DNA of 64,000 nucleotides from Schmidtea polychroa (Eukaryota), in the NCBI GenBank assembly GCA_044892525.1, contig CM097887.1, positions 33,790,001 through 33,854,000 on the forward strand, read 5' to 3'. Positions 53,601 through 64,000 of this stretch are shown here, piece by piece. A program made the position numbers and the translations under genes. Below the pieces are notes generated by a model. The model saw only the letters and a list, made by a program, of their open reading frames with translations. It had not been told where the DNA came from and searched no databases. The stretch's first letter is position 1, and the number at the start of each line of letters is the position of its first letter.

Positions 53601-54838
53601 AATCAAATGGAAAAATAGAAAGGCTACATAGAACAATCAAAGAAAGCATACGAACAAAAAAGGAAGGCAGGAATTGGTTAGAAAAATTACCAACAATCTT
53701 ATAGGGATTAAGAAACATTCCGAATTCAATTGACAACGAAAGTTCTGCATACAAAGTCTTCGGCAGAGAAACAAATCTACCATCACTAAAATCAAAGAGT
53801 GAAAACAATAAAGAAATAACAGTACATATAACAACATGCAATAGAGAATTGAAATCAAAAGGAATTTTTAAAGAGAAAACGAACGCTAAAATGTAGTTTA
53901 TGTTTCAGTTGACAAAAACCATTTACTAAAAATTTTGAACCAAAGTACGAAGGTCCCTACCGACTACTATATCTGAACAAAAATGGGAAATTATAAGAAA
54001 CAAACATTCGTAAATTGGAACACTATCACGAAACCAAACAACCCATGCACAACCATCCAAAAAATGAAACCCAAACAATAAAGACGATACAGACTTAGTA
54101 AAAACCTTTGACAAAAATGAACAAATTGACACACCATGTAAATAACTATATAATCAATGCTCCACCCGGATTACCCGGGTAGTTGTAATTCGCATAATTT
54201 GGAAACACTAACACACACACACACACACATTGAACCAATCATAATAATTATCAATTAAGTAATTTCATTATTAGATTACTTATTGCCTTCCCCACGCCTT
54301 AAAAAGCTTTAACCATTAAATATTCTAAATGACTAGTCTCGGAATTATCTATCATTTCATAAATTTCTTTATTATTTTCATGAGGTCTCGATTATCGATC
54401 ATAATCTTTATTTCGTAAATCCATTTTAATTACTACTATATCTCCAACATTGAAAGCTCTATGAATTCTTTTATGATTGTCGTAAATATTGATGTTAATA
54501 CGTTCTTTCATTTCTTGAATTACTCGCTGCTGTTTTCATTTTATGTGAAATATTTTCATTTCTCGTTTAATTCTCCACCCTTTTCATAATTTGACATTTC
54601 AAAGATTTGCAACCGTGACAATAGAGCAATACTGGAACATATTTAGATTGCAGTGAAAATGAAATAAATTTCTTAATATTTCTAGCATTTGAAAATCACT
54701 AAAATTTAACATTGTAATTTAGCTCTGCCATTCCTGCATAACACGAAAGCATTATTCTACCCGATGACCCTGATGGTTTTATTGTATATATTATCTATAA
54801 TATTCAGATGGAATTTGACTCGCAAAATTTATCACTGA
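41679..54838 (+). CDS. unc-50: UNC-50 family Golgi membrane protein, 260 aa; exons 41679-41721, 41771-41962, 42005-42070, 47394-47657, 49485-49586, 54723-54838
   Basis: Motifs MDFEYALWQ..SPQKVYRNFQYRK, DQWARDDPAFLV, IDCLGVG, DVEWGYAFDIHLNAFFP, LGNLFWLVA..YITFLGY and ALPFLHNT..YP. All introns are GT-AG and phase 1. The exons sum to 783 nt, and the protein length matches vertebrate UNC50. Confidence 0.95.
42894..45377 (-). mobile_element. hAT Buster/Charlie (GTF2IRD2/SPIN-like) element with degenerate transposase, in unc-50 intron 3
   Basis: TIR CAGGGGTCGGCAACC versus GGTTTCTGACCCCTG. TSD GATTAGGC / GATTAGAC. Motifs IFNEEW..FF....KP...ICHK....K.YNVKRHY, RPFTDSEFVK, VTTDGGRNM and LAFMEDITAYLNEFNLNLQG, with many stops and deletions. 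Confidence 0.93.
46010..46090 (+). pseudogene. mariner catalytic-domain relic
   Basis: LFHDNAP and SPDL motifs lie close together, with the intervening sequence deleted. Confidence 0.4.
46880..47260 (-). pseudogene. Possible pogo/Tigger transposase acidic C-terminal relic
   Basis: Reads NIFWK..FESVDIPNDDEINELVQEVMSEVES. Resemblance only. Confidence 0.3.
48224..48306. repeat. 13-14 bp minisatellite GTTACTATTTATA(T), about 6 units
   Basis: Read directly from the sequence. Confidence 0.9.
48389..48420 (+). mobile_element. Orphan Tc1/mariner-type terminal repeat
   Basis: TA|(T)AGGGCGTCCATAAAGTCCGTGTGCAATT. The partner end was not found. Confidence 0.35.
50267..51676 (+). CDS. MULE DDE transposase with SWIM finger and AT-hook-like tail; 5'-truncated, with an in-frame internal deletion; in unc-50 intron 5
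   Basis: DATYK (D1), ISDAS (D2), CWAH, TNNALE (E), SWIM CNCPSFFKKMLCKH and KRKRGRP. In-frame stop upstream at 50243-50245. First ATG at about 50353. Confidence 0.88.
   Translation: MWYESSTSDVVLYRSGHAHDCDNIKTRTTMADTVKAEIDKLFALKLKPKAMLEHLSNQKLPLPSQTQLNNHLASLRKSKYGANIISLGELNQWLQIHLAVPEADNKAFVVVYEIKYEDTGYFRNFISSKTMLKMALNADNIHADATYKLVWQGFPVLVIGTTDRNRQFHCFGIGVCTDEKTEDFKFLFTALKIFNAPFNPSTLISDASKSIQNSFIAVFGKDVLVIMCWAHMKKNVQKKVDSLIPKDARQEILSDIDSLQLSQSREDFESNKNWFEGAKKLTPSTNNALEAYNRVMKDEDSMRKRVSLSRFTVGLVDWIKRWSNNYESGIKVIKTEPEIDLELWTSSYQWAKLKKTISPESTESGVVYKIAAKDLTETYDGIDNWETFDEFKINAFLSWTTILPKDQNDWINGDCNCPSFFKKMLCKHIVGLAIRLKLVAPPTEAKNVPIGTKRKRGRPAKARKALLLQ
51815..52080 (+). repeat. Tandem-repeat arm of the MULE (about 58-bp units made of three about 19-bp TAGT.(T/A)GCAAA subunits, about 4.5 copies)
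   Basis: Read directly. It lies just 3' of the transposase stop, and no inverted counterpart was found 5' of the ORF. Confidence 0.85.
52214..52744. mobile_element. MULE-type MITE family, copy 2
   Basis: Perfect 9-bp TSD TTATCAAAA (52205-52213, 52745-52753). Same termini as 36530-37012. Confidence 0.88.
52870..53260 (+). mobile_element. hAT 3' relic: dimerisation domain plus right end
   Basis: Reads KPTSTAWERVFSIAGIFRNKFRNRMSPATLNALVFLK, followed by a terminus ..AATTGAAAACACTA with CCCGG subterminal motifs. Confidence 0.85.
53262..54150 (+). pseudogene. Ty3/Gypsy integrase relic (different family from 21-25 kb)
   Basis: Reads IWSN.RNEIKMFVKICNKC, PFEIVYIGIVGP, TTAYNPQSNGKIERLHRTIK..W..LP and EPKYEGPY, with several frameshifts and stops. 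Confidence 0.85.
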
Positions 54839-55531
54839 AAATATTGCTTTGAGTTAAAAATTTCCAGTGGAGGAAAGTAATTGAAAGTTTTATAAATTTT
54901 CATAAAATAAAGATTTTTGAAATTTTGATTGTTTTTTTGTTAATCTCATTTTAATTAATATTATATATTTTTACATGTGATATTTTAATTGATTTGTTTA
55001 AAGGAATTTTTTATTAATTTTACGGTTTTGTTCCAAATGTGCTCTTTGATAATGGATTATTTTATACTTGTAAATCCATATGACGAAAGTTGTGTTATAT
55101 AAATGTTGGCTTGCGCGTCGCTTTAATCAAATAATAATATTTGTTTCGTCACAACTCAGTATATTGACAGGTTATTGAATATGGGTAAGTTTACTAAAAG
55201 TAAACTTCAAAATAACAGCTAAATTTCGTATTATAAATGTGATAATTATACAATATATAACTTGTTAACAGAACTGTCGACTTAGGAAATGTTGGATTGT
55301 ACTGAGAACAGGATCGCAGAAATGTCTAAGTTGTAAAAGGAGATGATCCGTTGGCAGATGACCACGTGATTATTAACCTTCAAATGGTATTCATTTGTAC
55401 CAACGCTAACCGCGTTAAGGACAAAAATGTCTACCATATATTTTTGTATCAAAATATAACAAAAATAAAAATTCAAAATTTTAACCAAAATAATATAAAA
55501 TGAACTTAACATAATAAATTTCTTTAATTTT

Positions 55532-55800
55532 TCAATTATTATGACAAGCAGGACAAATATATTTTATATGGTTTTTGCATACATAATTTTTACATTTATT
55601 ACATTTTATTGTGGTTTACCCCGTTCTGATAGGACAAGTAGAACACGTGCCTCTTTTCGAAGCTGTAGGCTTCGAAGATCCGCCAGCATCATCTTGGTTG
55701 CTTTGACTCCCATATATCCATGTTGGTACTGTATACAGTGGCTGGATGTGAGTAGATATGTGAGCTTCGTTGACAATACTACTCCCTACTTGACACCTAT
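55532..55800 (-). pseudogene. piggyBac transposase C-terminal cysteine-rich domain relic
   Basis: Reads KRGTCSTCPIRTG*TTIKCNKCKNYVCKNHIKYICPACHNN* on the minus strand, with the stop at 55532-55534. A possible TTAA-bounded end lies near 55373-55410. Confidence 0.75.
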
Positions 55801-56947
55801 CTGAAATTCTGGATGGTTGATAGAAGGTTTTATGTTGTTAGGAAAGTATTTTCTAAGATTTGATTAAGAAATCTATAATTAGGGGAATCTTCATAATAAG
55901 ATTAAATATCATGTCACTCACAGCATGTTCCTTGGTTACTATACTTATTACTAAATTAACTTAGAATGAAAACAATAAACAAATTTCTAATTACTAAACC
56001 CTATCAATGTGAAGTTATTTTAACCTGAACTTAAGTCATAAACTAATAATGGTGATGGTACCACTTAAGAAAACAGGTAGTTGAGAGAACTTGGTGAAAT
56101 TGGCCTCTATATTGGTCAGGAGTTCGTCTAAGATGAACAGGACGTCATTGTCCATGTCCACAGCAAAGGTTTTGTTACTCACTCACTGCTGTTTGTTCGG
56201 CCACTCAAAATTGACCCGCGGTTGCCGCTTTCTTAATGAGTTGCTTCTCATTTCTCAAAGCGCGGTGTCTTTTTTTGGTTTCTGAATCTGGATTTGGCCA
56301 GGAGTGTCCATCATACTAAGATCTATAAATGGTGGTGCATCACTAGACGTTGTCTGAGGGGGAAAAGAAAAGGAAGCAGGCGTGAGGACGGCAGAAGAAA
56401 CGACAAGAGCCGAGCACTCGACAACGGTTGATTCAGATTCGTCTTGGAAAGGTAATGGGCAGGGATTACATTTGCAAATCCTTGATTGCTATTCGGTCTT
56501 CGTGTATTCCTGATGTAGAGCGTGAGTTTGTTTCTGTATAAGGCTTCAATGAGCCAATTTCGACAACTATCCAGGTGTCGGATCTTTTGCTGCGCCTCTT
56601 TCATCTGTGAGGGCTTAAACCAAGTGCCTTTGAGGCCGTCTATTTTAGCTTCAAAGAACCTGATTTTTGTGTCTCGTAGAAGGATCGCTTCATTTTTATC
56701 TGTATAGGAGAAGCAAGGTTTGATTGATGTCATATATTTTTATTAAGGTTAGATGAGTATACATTAAGAAGGCTAAATATATTGCACTGAAACAGAAAGC
56801 GAGGGAAAAGAGAAAACATAAGACTCATAAAATTTACCGATCAACTAAGCTCATTTGGTGATGATATTGATAATAATGCTTTAATAATAACATTAACCAT
56901 GATAATGATATTACTAACTATAATGATGGTGAGACTTATATGGATAC

Positions 56948-56980
<33 letters not shown>

Positions 56981-57428
56981 TACGAATAAACATAATAATA
57001 GTAATGATAATTTAGGAAAAGAATGAAGATAACAATAATCAGTATTGAAGAATAATGAAGGATTTGGTAAAGATTATTTTGGTGGTCAAATATTTTTCAT
57101 TTTATTGAATCTATGCTTAGTCGCTAACTAATAATAATGCGAATAATAATAACCTAATATTAATAATAAAAATAATAATAATGAAATTAACGATAAGAAC
57201 AATACTAATAATTTAAATATATGTATATGAATGTGTGATTATGGAACAACGCTTAATTAAAATTACCAAATGTAAAATGTTATTATAACTTTTAATTTTG
57301 ATCGACAACACGGTATTTTAATAATTTTATTTTAATGTTATCTGAAAATCGACTTTCTTCTATCGAATGATGCATAATGTGTCCAATTTGGATCATTAAT
57401 TCCGTCATTTTTGGCTGGTTAAAGCTAG

Positions 57429-58349
57429 TGTTAGGGATAGGCCCCTGGCCTTAAATTATTTTAGAATCACAGAATTGATATAATAATAAAGAATAAAACA
57501 ATTACTAAAAATAGATTAATAATATAAATAGAAATAAATAAATAAATAATAGTAATTTTTATTTTCATGCTAATTTAGAAATTATTATAAAAGGGATTAA
57601 CTTTGTTAGGACAGGAGAGAAATAATAGTTAGTAGCAGCTTGCAGAAAAGGAGTAATTAGCAACAGTCAAAGAGAATTATAATTACTTGAGATAGATTAA
57701 GCGAAACGTTCAGCGTGGAATTATATTTTGGGTATTTAAGAGGAATCCCAGAAAGACCAGGGAATTGAAAAATCTAGTTGTGAAATTGGCAGAGCAGAAG
57801 AAACTAGAATATTTTAGAAAAGAAAAGGGACGATAAACATAGAGAAGAATTATTTACGAACAGAAACGAGAATATTTAAAAGTAAAATTTAATTAATTTA
57901 ATTAAATATAAGGGTGAGTGAGGATAAATTAGTATCCTGTGGAATAGTTAAAATAAAGCGAACGCAAAGTATTGTTCTATTACTTTAGTGTTCCCTGGGA
58001 GCCTCAAAATCATTCCCTCTTGCTTGGCCAACTCTTTTAGTCATATCGCGATCGTTGTGCTACACAGGAGCCATCGATTTCTTGCAGGCTGTGGTAAACA
58101 GTAAAGATTAATAAATCCGTTTTCTTGTATCTCTTTGCACATTAATTGTAAAGCAACTTTTGTAAATTATTGAATACATTTTTGTAAAAAGAGAAAGAGT
58201 TTGTTTTGTTTTTAATTCAGTGATTTAAACTTACACGCACAACCACATTAAATATAATCTATTTATATTTATTTTTATTTATTTTTTCTTAATTAAATTA
58301 TTGGAGTCATTTGTGTTAAGATCTGTAGTCCCCGTTTTTCGATCTTAAC
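57429..58349 (+). mobile_element. Solo LTR (921 bp), probably Ty3/Gypsy
   Basis: TG...CA ends, terminal inverted repeat TGTTAGGGAT / ATCTTAACA, and a 4-bp TSD CTAG (57425-57428, 58350-58353). Confidence 0.8.
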
Positions 58350-58748
58350 ACTAGTAATAATAATAGTAGTAGTAATAAGACCAACAACGATAATTTTAAT
58401 AGTAGTGATCATAGCCCTACTGATGTACCAAAGAGCAATTTATAATGACCAAATAAAAACCAGTGCTTTGTGTTAATTTTAATATTAATGATAATTTAAT
58501 GTTAGGATTTATTTTCTTTTTTATTTAACAAATATTTTTAAATATTTATTAGATTTTATAAAACGAAGTAAGATTTTTATATATTTTTATATATTTTAAC
58601 ATGTTTTAAAATTAAAAATTTGGAGTTTAAATAATGTTCATTTGTGTGTAATTTTTATTATGTAGATTTTAAGAACCGTGCTTGTGTTCAGGTATTTATT
58701 TTTCTTCGAACAGAGAATTTTTTTATCAGTTAATAGTGTATGCCCTAT

Positions 58749-58790
58749 AATGTCACTTGGCTATGACACACACATGTTTATTATATATAG
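58749..58790 (+). repeat. Second copy of the GGCTATGAC-(AC)n-TTTATTATATATAG end motif
   Basis: Matches 13478-13553. Confidence 0.45.
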
Positions 58791-61788
58791 GTTTTATTTA
58801 TGCACCCCCGGGTTTTGAGACACTTCGTCAAAAATGATGCCCCAAACCGGGGCCCGGTTGTTTTATTAATCTTGAAATCAATGTCCCTTTAGCCATCTTC
58901 AATTGCTCTTTGGTGTACTGATGATACGGCTAATTATGGTACCAATAGTACCAATGATTTACTGTAACCCTACTCACTGCAAACAGATCTGCCTCGCCGA
59001 TAAATCTCAGGTGGGTTTTTTATAATTTGTCCGTTTCCAGGGGAAAGTTTTCAAATAGGTACGAGAAATAGTTTGTCTATATTGAAGTCCACCTCGAGTT
59101 GAGTTTCGTAGTCATGCAGCTGGTTTAGGGCTTCCGCTTTCTTTGCTCGCTGTTTGGCCTTTCTGACAGCCATCCTCATTTGTTTATTGATAGGTGTCAT
59201 GACGCATAAGTCGATCACCTGGGATTGATTCTTACGCTTGTCGACGTAACAAGAAGTGGTATGGTTCGAGAAACGAAATACATTGGATATCCAACGAATG
59301 GATCACTACGCCGGGTCAGTTCGGTGTCGGACAGATGATGGTCTAGTATAAAGTTGGCCCATTCAGCAGAAGGTAAATTGTGAATCCAATTTTGGAGCTC
59401 TGCTTTCGTATAGCCATGATACAAGGCATGCACCTGCTACCAAAGATATCAGCTTATATATTATTTTATCAACTGATTCAACAATCAGAATAGATCATAC
59501 TTACGTTTTTGATCAATTTATTGTCTTGAATTTTATTTCAAATTCCAATCAATTTGATTGACTGATTTTATATTTTGTTTTAATTATTTGTTTTTTACAT
59601 TAATTTTACTCGTTTTTTCCATTTTCCTGATTGGTGCTTTTAGTGCTTTAAAATATGTTACGTGTACAACTGCTTGCATTTCTTATTTTATCCTTTTCTT
59701 TTTATTTCTTTTGGTTTTAATTGGCGTTGTTAATTATTTTAATTAGCTTAATGCTTCTAGTCCTGTCTCAAGGGATCATTGCAGTTTATTTAATTTTTTT
59801 ACAGGATTTTTACATTATTCCATAAACTTTTAAAATCAATAACATTAATTATTTATTTTAATTTGGTATTTGCGTTACCCTCGAAATTTTGATCGCACTA
59901 TCTAGCCCAACACAAATTGGACATTTGGCAATCGACTTGAAAAGTGTTGAACGCTACAAAATATTCTGTTTATTTACACTCTAATTGGAGCTCCTTTAAG
60001 AGATTACTAGTTTCCATGTTAGGAAACTATTATTTCAAGAACAGGCTATATATTAAGTACGGGAAAAGTTATTTTTCTATCCTACTCCTATATTTACGTA
60101 CAGCTGGGATTCTGGGCACCCATGCTTTTTTGAAAAACTAATTTAGACAGTAAAATACATAATATTCCCTATTCATAAGCACAACATAGAATCAAATCTC
60201 ATTGAATAGCGTTTGTAGTAATTTAAATGAGAAACTGGCGCATTTTCATTGTTTTTATTAAAATTTAATTACAATCAACTTTTTTGATGATAACTAAATA
60301 TTATAATTTAGGCATTAAAATGAGCAAAATGAGGGGAAAGGTATGTTGCTCCAGAATTTTGAGAAGCATGAACAAGGGGAATAAATGGAAAAGGAAATAA
60401 GTCCCAAGTTTTGAATGGTGAATCTTTGTTCAATTGTGTTAGCAGAAACCAAATGGATATAGTAATTGTAATAGATATTTGTAATATTTCAAGGCACGCT
60501 TGGAGACAGATCAATTATTAGTAAAAAATTCCACCGATAACTTCAAAAACTTGATAAAAACTTTTTCGGAAACTGTTAAAATATTCTGTCTATACTCAAA
60601 CGTTGAATAATCCAAAATCTTTAAAATTATTATTTAAAAATATTTATATAACAAAAGAATACCATCAAAAGCCAATATAACAAAGCATTGGTTTAGAAAT
60701 ATCTCAAGGGAAAGACTGAAAACAATTAATGAAATATTGTCATCAACTTGAAACAAAAAGGAGTCAATAAAAGTTTTATATTACAACATTGATTGGTCAA
60801 ATCAAAACTTAACCGCTCCAAAATAAATTGTCAGTGGTCCTAAAGCACTATATTGCACACCAAATTTATAAGGCCTTCATTAATTTTAATGCTTATTATA
60901 TGGTAATCTTTACCTGGGCTATGTGAGAATTCCAATCGTTGCCTTTTCATTTCTTTATGACAAATTTCAAAATATTCTATTCTATTCTAAAATACCCTAA
61001 AATTATTTTAATTTTTAAAAATGGCTGACAAATAGATATTTATGAAAATAAACTTTTTCATAGGCAAATAGTATCAGACAAAACATAATTGGAGAAATGT
61101 CAATACTTTAATTTTATAAAGCAGAAATATATATGTTTGAAAATTGTCCTTATTTCTTTTTGCTTGATCACATTTAAGGATGTATCAAGGATGTGATTAA
61201 TTCTTTGTAAACTTCATCATTTTTAACTGTTGACTGGTCGTAATTTGCATTTAATGGCAAAAATTTCTTTATTTTCCATTTCAATTCTAAATAAAAATAT
61301 TTACTATTATATTTACTATTATATTTTATTATATTTACTATCCAGAAACCAACCACATATTTAGAGGTCAAATAATGCAAAATAATGTATTTAAAGATTA
61401 ATAAATTTAAAATATCCTTTTTAAATAATTTGACTAAAATTATTTATTTTCCTGTTTCCCGACAAAATTTTTGATAAATAAATTTAATACAAGTGTTAAA
61501 ACTGATTAAATTTAGCCCATGAAAATTATTTCAAATAGAAATCAAATTGCTTTTGCACATTATTTCACCCTTAGAATTACTAAAAATCGTAAAGCTTAAT
61601 ATATTGAATAATGGATTTACACACTTTCAAAAATGCGCACAAATAATTTATAGGGGCCCTAAAATTACGAACAATGGGATTAAAAATCAATAGTTGTGAT
61701 TGGAGAATCGAAGCATGCGTCAAAAATAACTGAAACATTTGCTATAAATTACGACGATTCTTCCGGGTTTCATTTATTACGAAACTGA

Positions 61789-63977
61789 ATGAAATTCTTT
61801 TTAAAATTTCTAATCTTATTCATAGGTCTGGCGGGCTTAAATGGAGAGTTACAGACTTGCTATAATGCCAATGGAGATCCGAAACCTTGTGAACCATTAT
61901 TAATTAATTTGGCTCAACCAATGCAAATTGAAGCTAGCTCTACGTGTGGAGAAAACGGGGCGGAAAGTATTTGTACAGAATGGTTTGACAAACAAGGGAA
62001 AGTTCATAATTCCTGTGAGAAATGTAATTCTTTAGATCCTAAATTATCAAAATCGTCAAACATGGTAGTTGATCCACATATAAGAGGTAAGGAAACTTGT
62101 TGGATCTCAGAAGGTGTTCGGGAAAGTAATTACCCAACTAGCGTTAATCTTACACTAGGTTTGAAAAAGAGGTCATTAATATCATTTATTACTGTGGAAT
62201 TATGTGGTCACAACCCGGATGGCATTATAATTTATAAAATGGACCGTGAAACAGATGATTGGTCTCCTTGGCAATATTTTGCTAAAGACTGTCAACTAAC
62301 ATTTAAGATGCCGGTTTTAACTTCAGATACAGTTAATACATTTTCTGATATTAATTCATTGAAACCAGTTTGTTTTGATTTGGAAAAAAGTATGGACTAT
62401 GGAGGTGATGAAAAACTATTCAGGCTTATCCCATTCAATCCAAGACAAGGCAGAAATTTCGGTGATGTATTGTCTAAAGATGAACAAAACTGGTTAACAG
62501 CTACAGAAATACGAATCAGTTATATTCTATCGCCTAAAGAACATTTCAAAAATTCATTGTTGAGAAAAAAGCGAAATGCAGAAAATCATGTATATCATTT
62601 TGGTTCATCTGATATCATGATTGGTGGTCAACCCCTATGTCATGGGCACGCTTCGACGATAATTAAAAATACGGATAATACCTATGAATGCGAATGCCAG
62701 CATAGTACTGCTGGAAAGGATTGTGAAAAATGTCATGAAGAATTCAATGATCAACCGTGGAGTTCAGCAACGATTCGAAACCCAGCTGTCTGTAAAAGTA
62801 AACTTATAAAATTTAATTACAATTTCATGAAAAATTAAAGGATGTGAGTGTAACAATCATTCGACAAAATGTGTATTCGATTTAAATGTCTTCCTGAAAT
62901 CTGGTAGAACTCATGGTAGTTCTTGCATTGATTGTGGTGATAACACAGCTGGACCCCAATGTAATCAATGTGCTCCGGGATATTTCCGGCAACATGCTTA
63001 TCCTATTTATCATAGAAATGCTTGTAAACGTAAGCTTTCTAATTCTCTAATACGAAGTTATAGTTAACCTTCAGCTTGCTTATGCCATTCAATTGGATCT
63101 CTTTCAGGCAAACCTTGCGATCAAGTAAGTGGGAAATGTTTATGTAAGTCTGGAGTAACTGGAAAAACGTGTACTCATTGTGCCCCGGGTTACAAACAAA
63201 CAAATTCCCTAAAGAATCCTTGCAGAAAGATATGTAAGTTAGATTGTGTTTTCAAGTACAAAACTTTTCATTGTTTAAATTTTTAGCAAAATTGCGTCAT
63301 TTGGTGAAATCAAGTGAGAGTTTTTAATCTGATTGTGTAATAATTATTATTGTTATAATTAATAATCCGATCATTATGATGGCGATTATCTTACTAAATG
63401 GTGATCTGATTTTTGTCTTTTTAGAAGATATGAGTTGCAATTTTTGTCAAAAAAAAAGTAGAAGAATTAATTTTAAGAGATTTTGCAGCAAGGAAATAAG
63501 TAAATTTGTTTGTTGTTTTTGATAAAATTGATGGAAGATCTCTGTTAAGATCTCAAAGTAAATATCAAGAGTAGGGAATCAAGGGGTCAGTGGATTAGAT
63601 TCATTTCTGAAATCGAACAAGTCTGGACAAGAAATCAACAAGATTCTCGTGTATCGGGACTTAATTTAGAATCTATTGAAGGGAATTCAATGTGGGTTCA
63701 CAAAGAGCTTGTGGACTGCGGTTGTGTAGATTTTGAATTTGGTCATTCGTATTTAGTTATGGCCAGTGTGAAAACAACCGAATTTATGGGCCAAACTGAA
63801 TTAATTTTAAATCAAAGTGATGTAATTGAGGATTGGAAGGATGCATGGGAGGAACAATTTTCTCAGTTTTATACACAGGATAAAATGGGAAAATGCAATC
63901 GGTTTTCTCGACAAAAGCGACATGCAAAACGGCGTAATTTTGTCTCGCCATATAACCAATATGCTATTTATTCTTGA
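61789..63977 (+). CDS. netrin: Netrin, 628 aa (signal peptide, laminin N-terminal domain, 3 laminin-EGF repeats, NTR/C345C); exons 61789-62797, 62841-63029, 63075-63233, 63287-63313, 63425-63499, 63550-63977
   Basis: LN motifs ASSTCG, TCWIS, SVNLTLGLKK, WSPWQYFA, NWLTATEIR and DIMIGG. Three LE repeats (CECQHSTAGKDCEKC; CECNNHSTKC; CLCHSIGS..CKSGVTGKTC). NTR Cys pattern. All introns are GT-AG and phase 1, and the exons sum to 1887 nt. The last acceptor is the least certain. Confidence 0.95.
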
Positions 63978-64000
63978 TTATTTGGACACAGGATTTATTT

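Noticed and set aside
54836-54883. Stop-codon readthrough at the unc-50 TGA
   Set aside because: The protein is already family length at the TGA, and the extension shows no recognisable conservation.
59558-59746. Hydrophobic 62-aa ORF resembling a membrane protein
   Set aside because: It has a TTG start and T-rich low-complexity DNA that gives F/L/I by composition. There is no motif or splice support.
59944-61380. Several short ORFs upstream of netrin
   Set aside because: They show no recognisable motifs and could not be joined into a consistent spliced frame.

Overview
This is very AT-rich eukaryotic (animal) DNA with 8 N-gaps, dominated by transposon relics. Two host genes can be assembled across GT-AG introns. 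The first is unc-50 (+, 6 coding exons, 41679-54838, 260 aa), with two tiny introns and three TE-filled introns of 1.8-5.3 kb. The second is a netrin (+, 6 coding exons, 61789-63977, 628 aa). The AT content, 42-52 nt introns and (ATT)n tracts suggest a planarian-type genome (inference). Mobile DNA includes a near full-length but disabled Ty3/Gypsy element (21288-25630) with four CCHC knuckles, a tRNA-Leu PBS and a canonical -1 frameshift signal. There is also a solo LTR with TSD, two MULE-SWIM transposase copies with tandem-repeat arms, several hAT elements with 8-bp TSDs (some nested), MULE MITEs with 9-bp TSDs, piggyBac MITEs and relics, mariner relics, and a two-copy palindromic family. A frameshifted HSP90 N-terminal fragment sits next to a pre-miRNA-like hairpin. 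I found no rRNA, tRNA or CRISPR array, and nothing I can defend as a proven new system. The best leads are the Gypsy expression signals (an in-frame splice acceptor in U5 that a flatworm spliced-leader AUG could use), the arm-homogenised palindrome family, unusual netrin features, and two orphan GC-elevated reading frames. All coordinates were read by hand.
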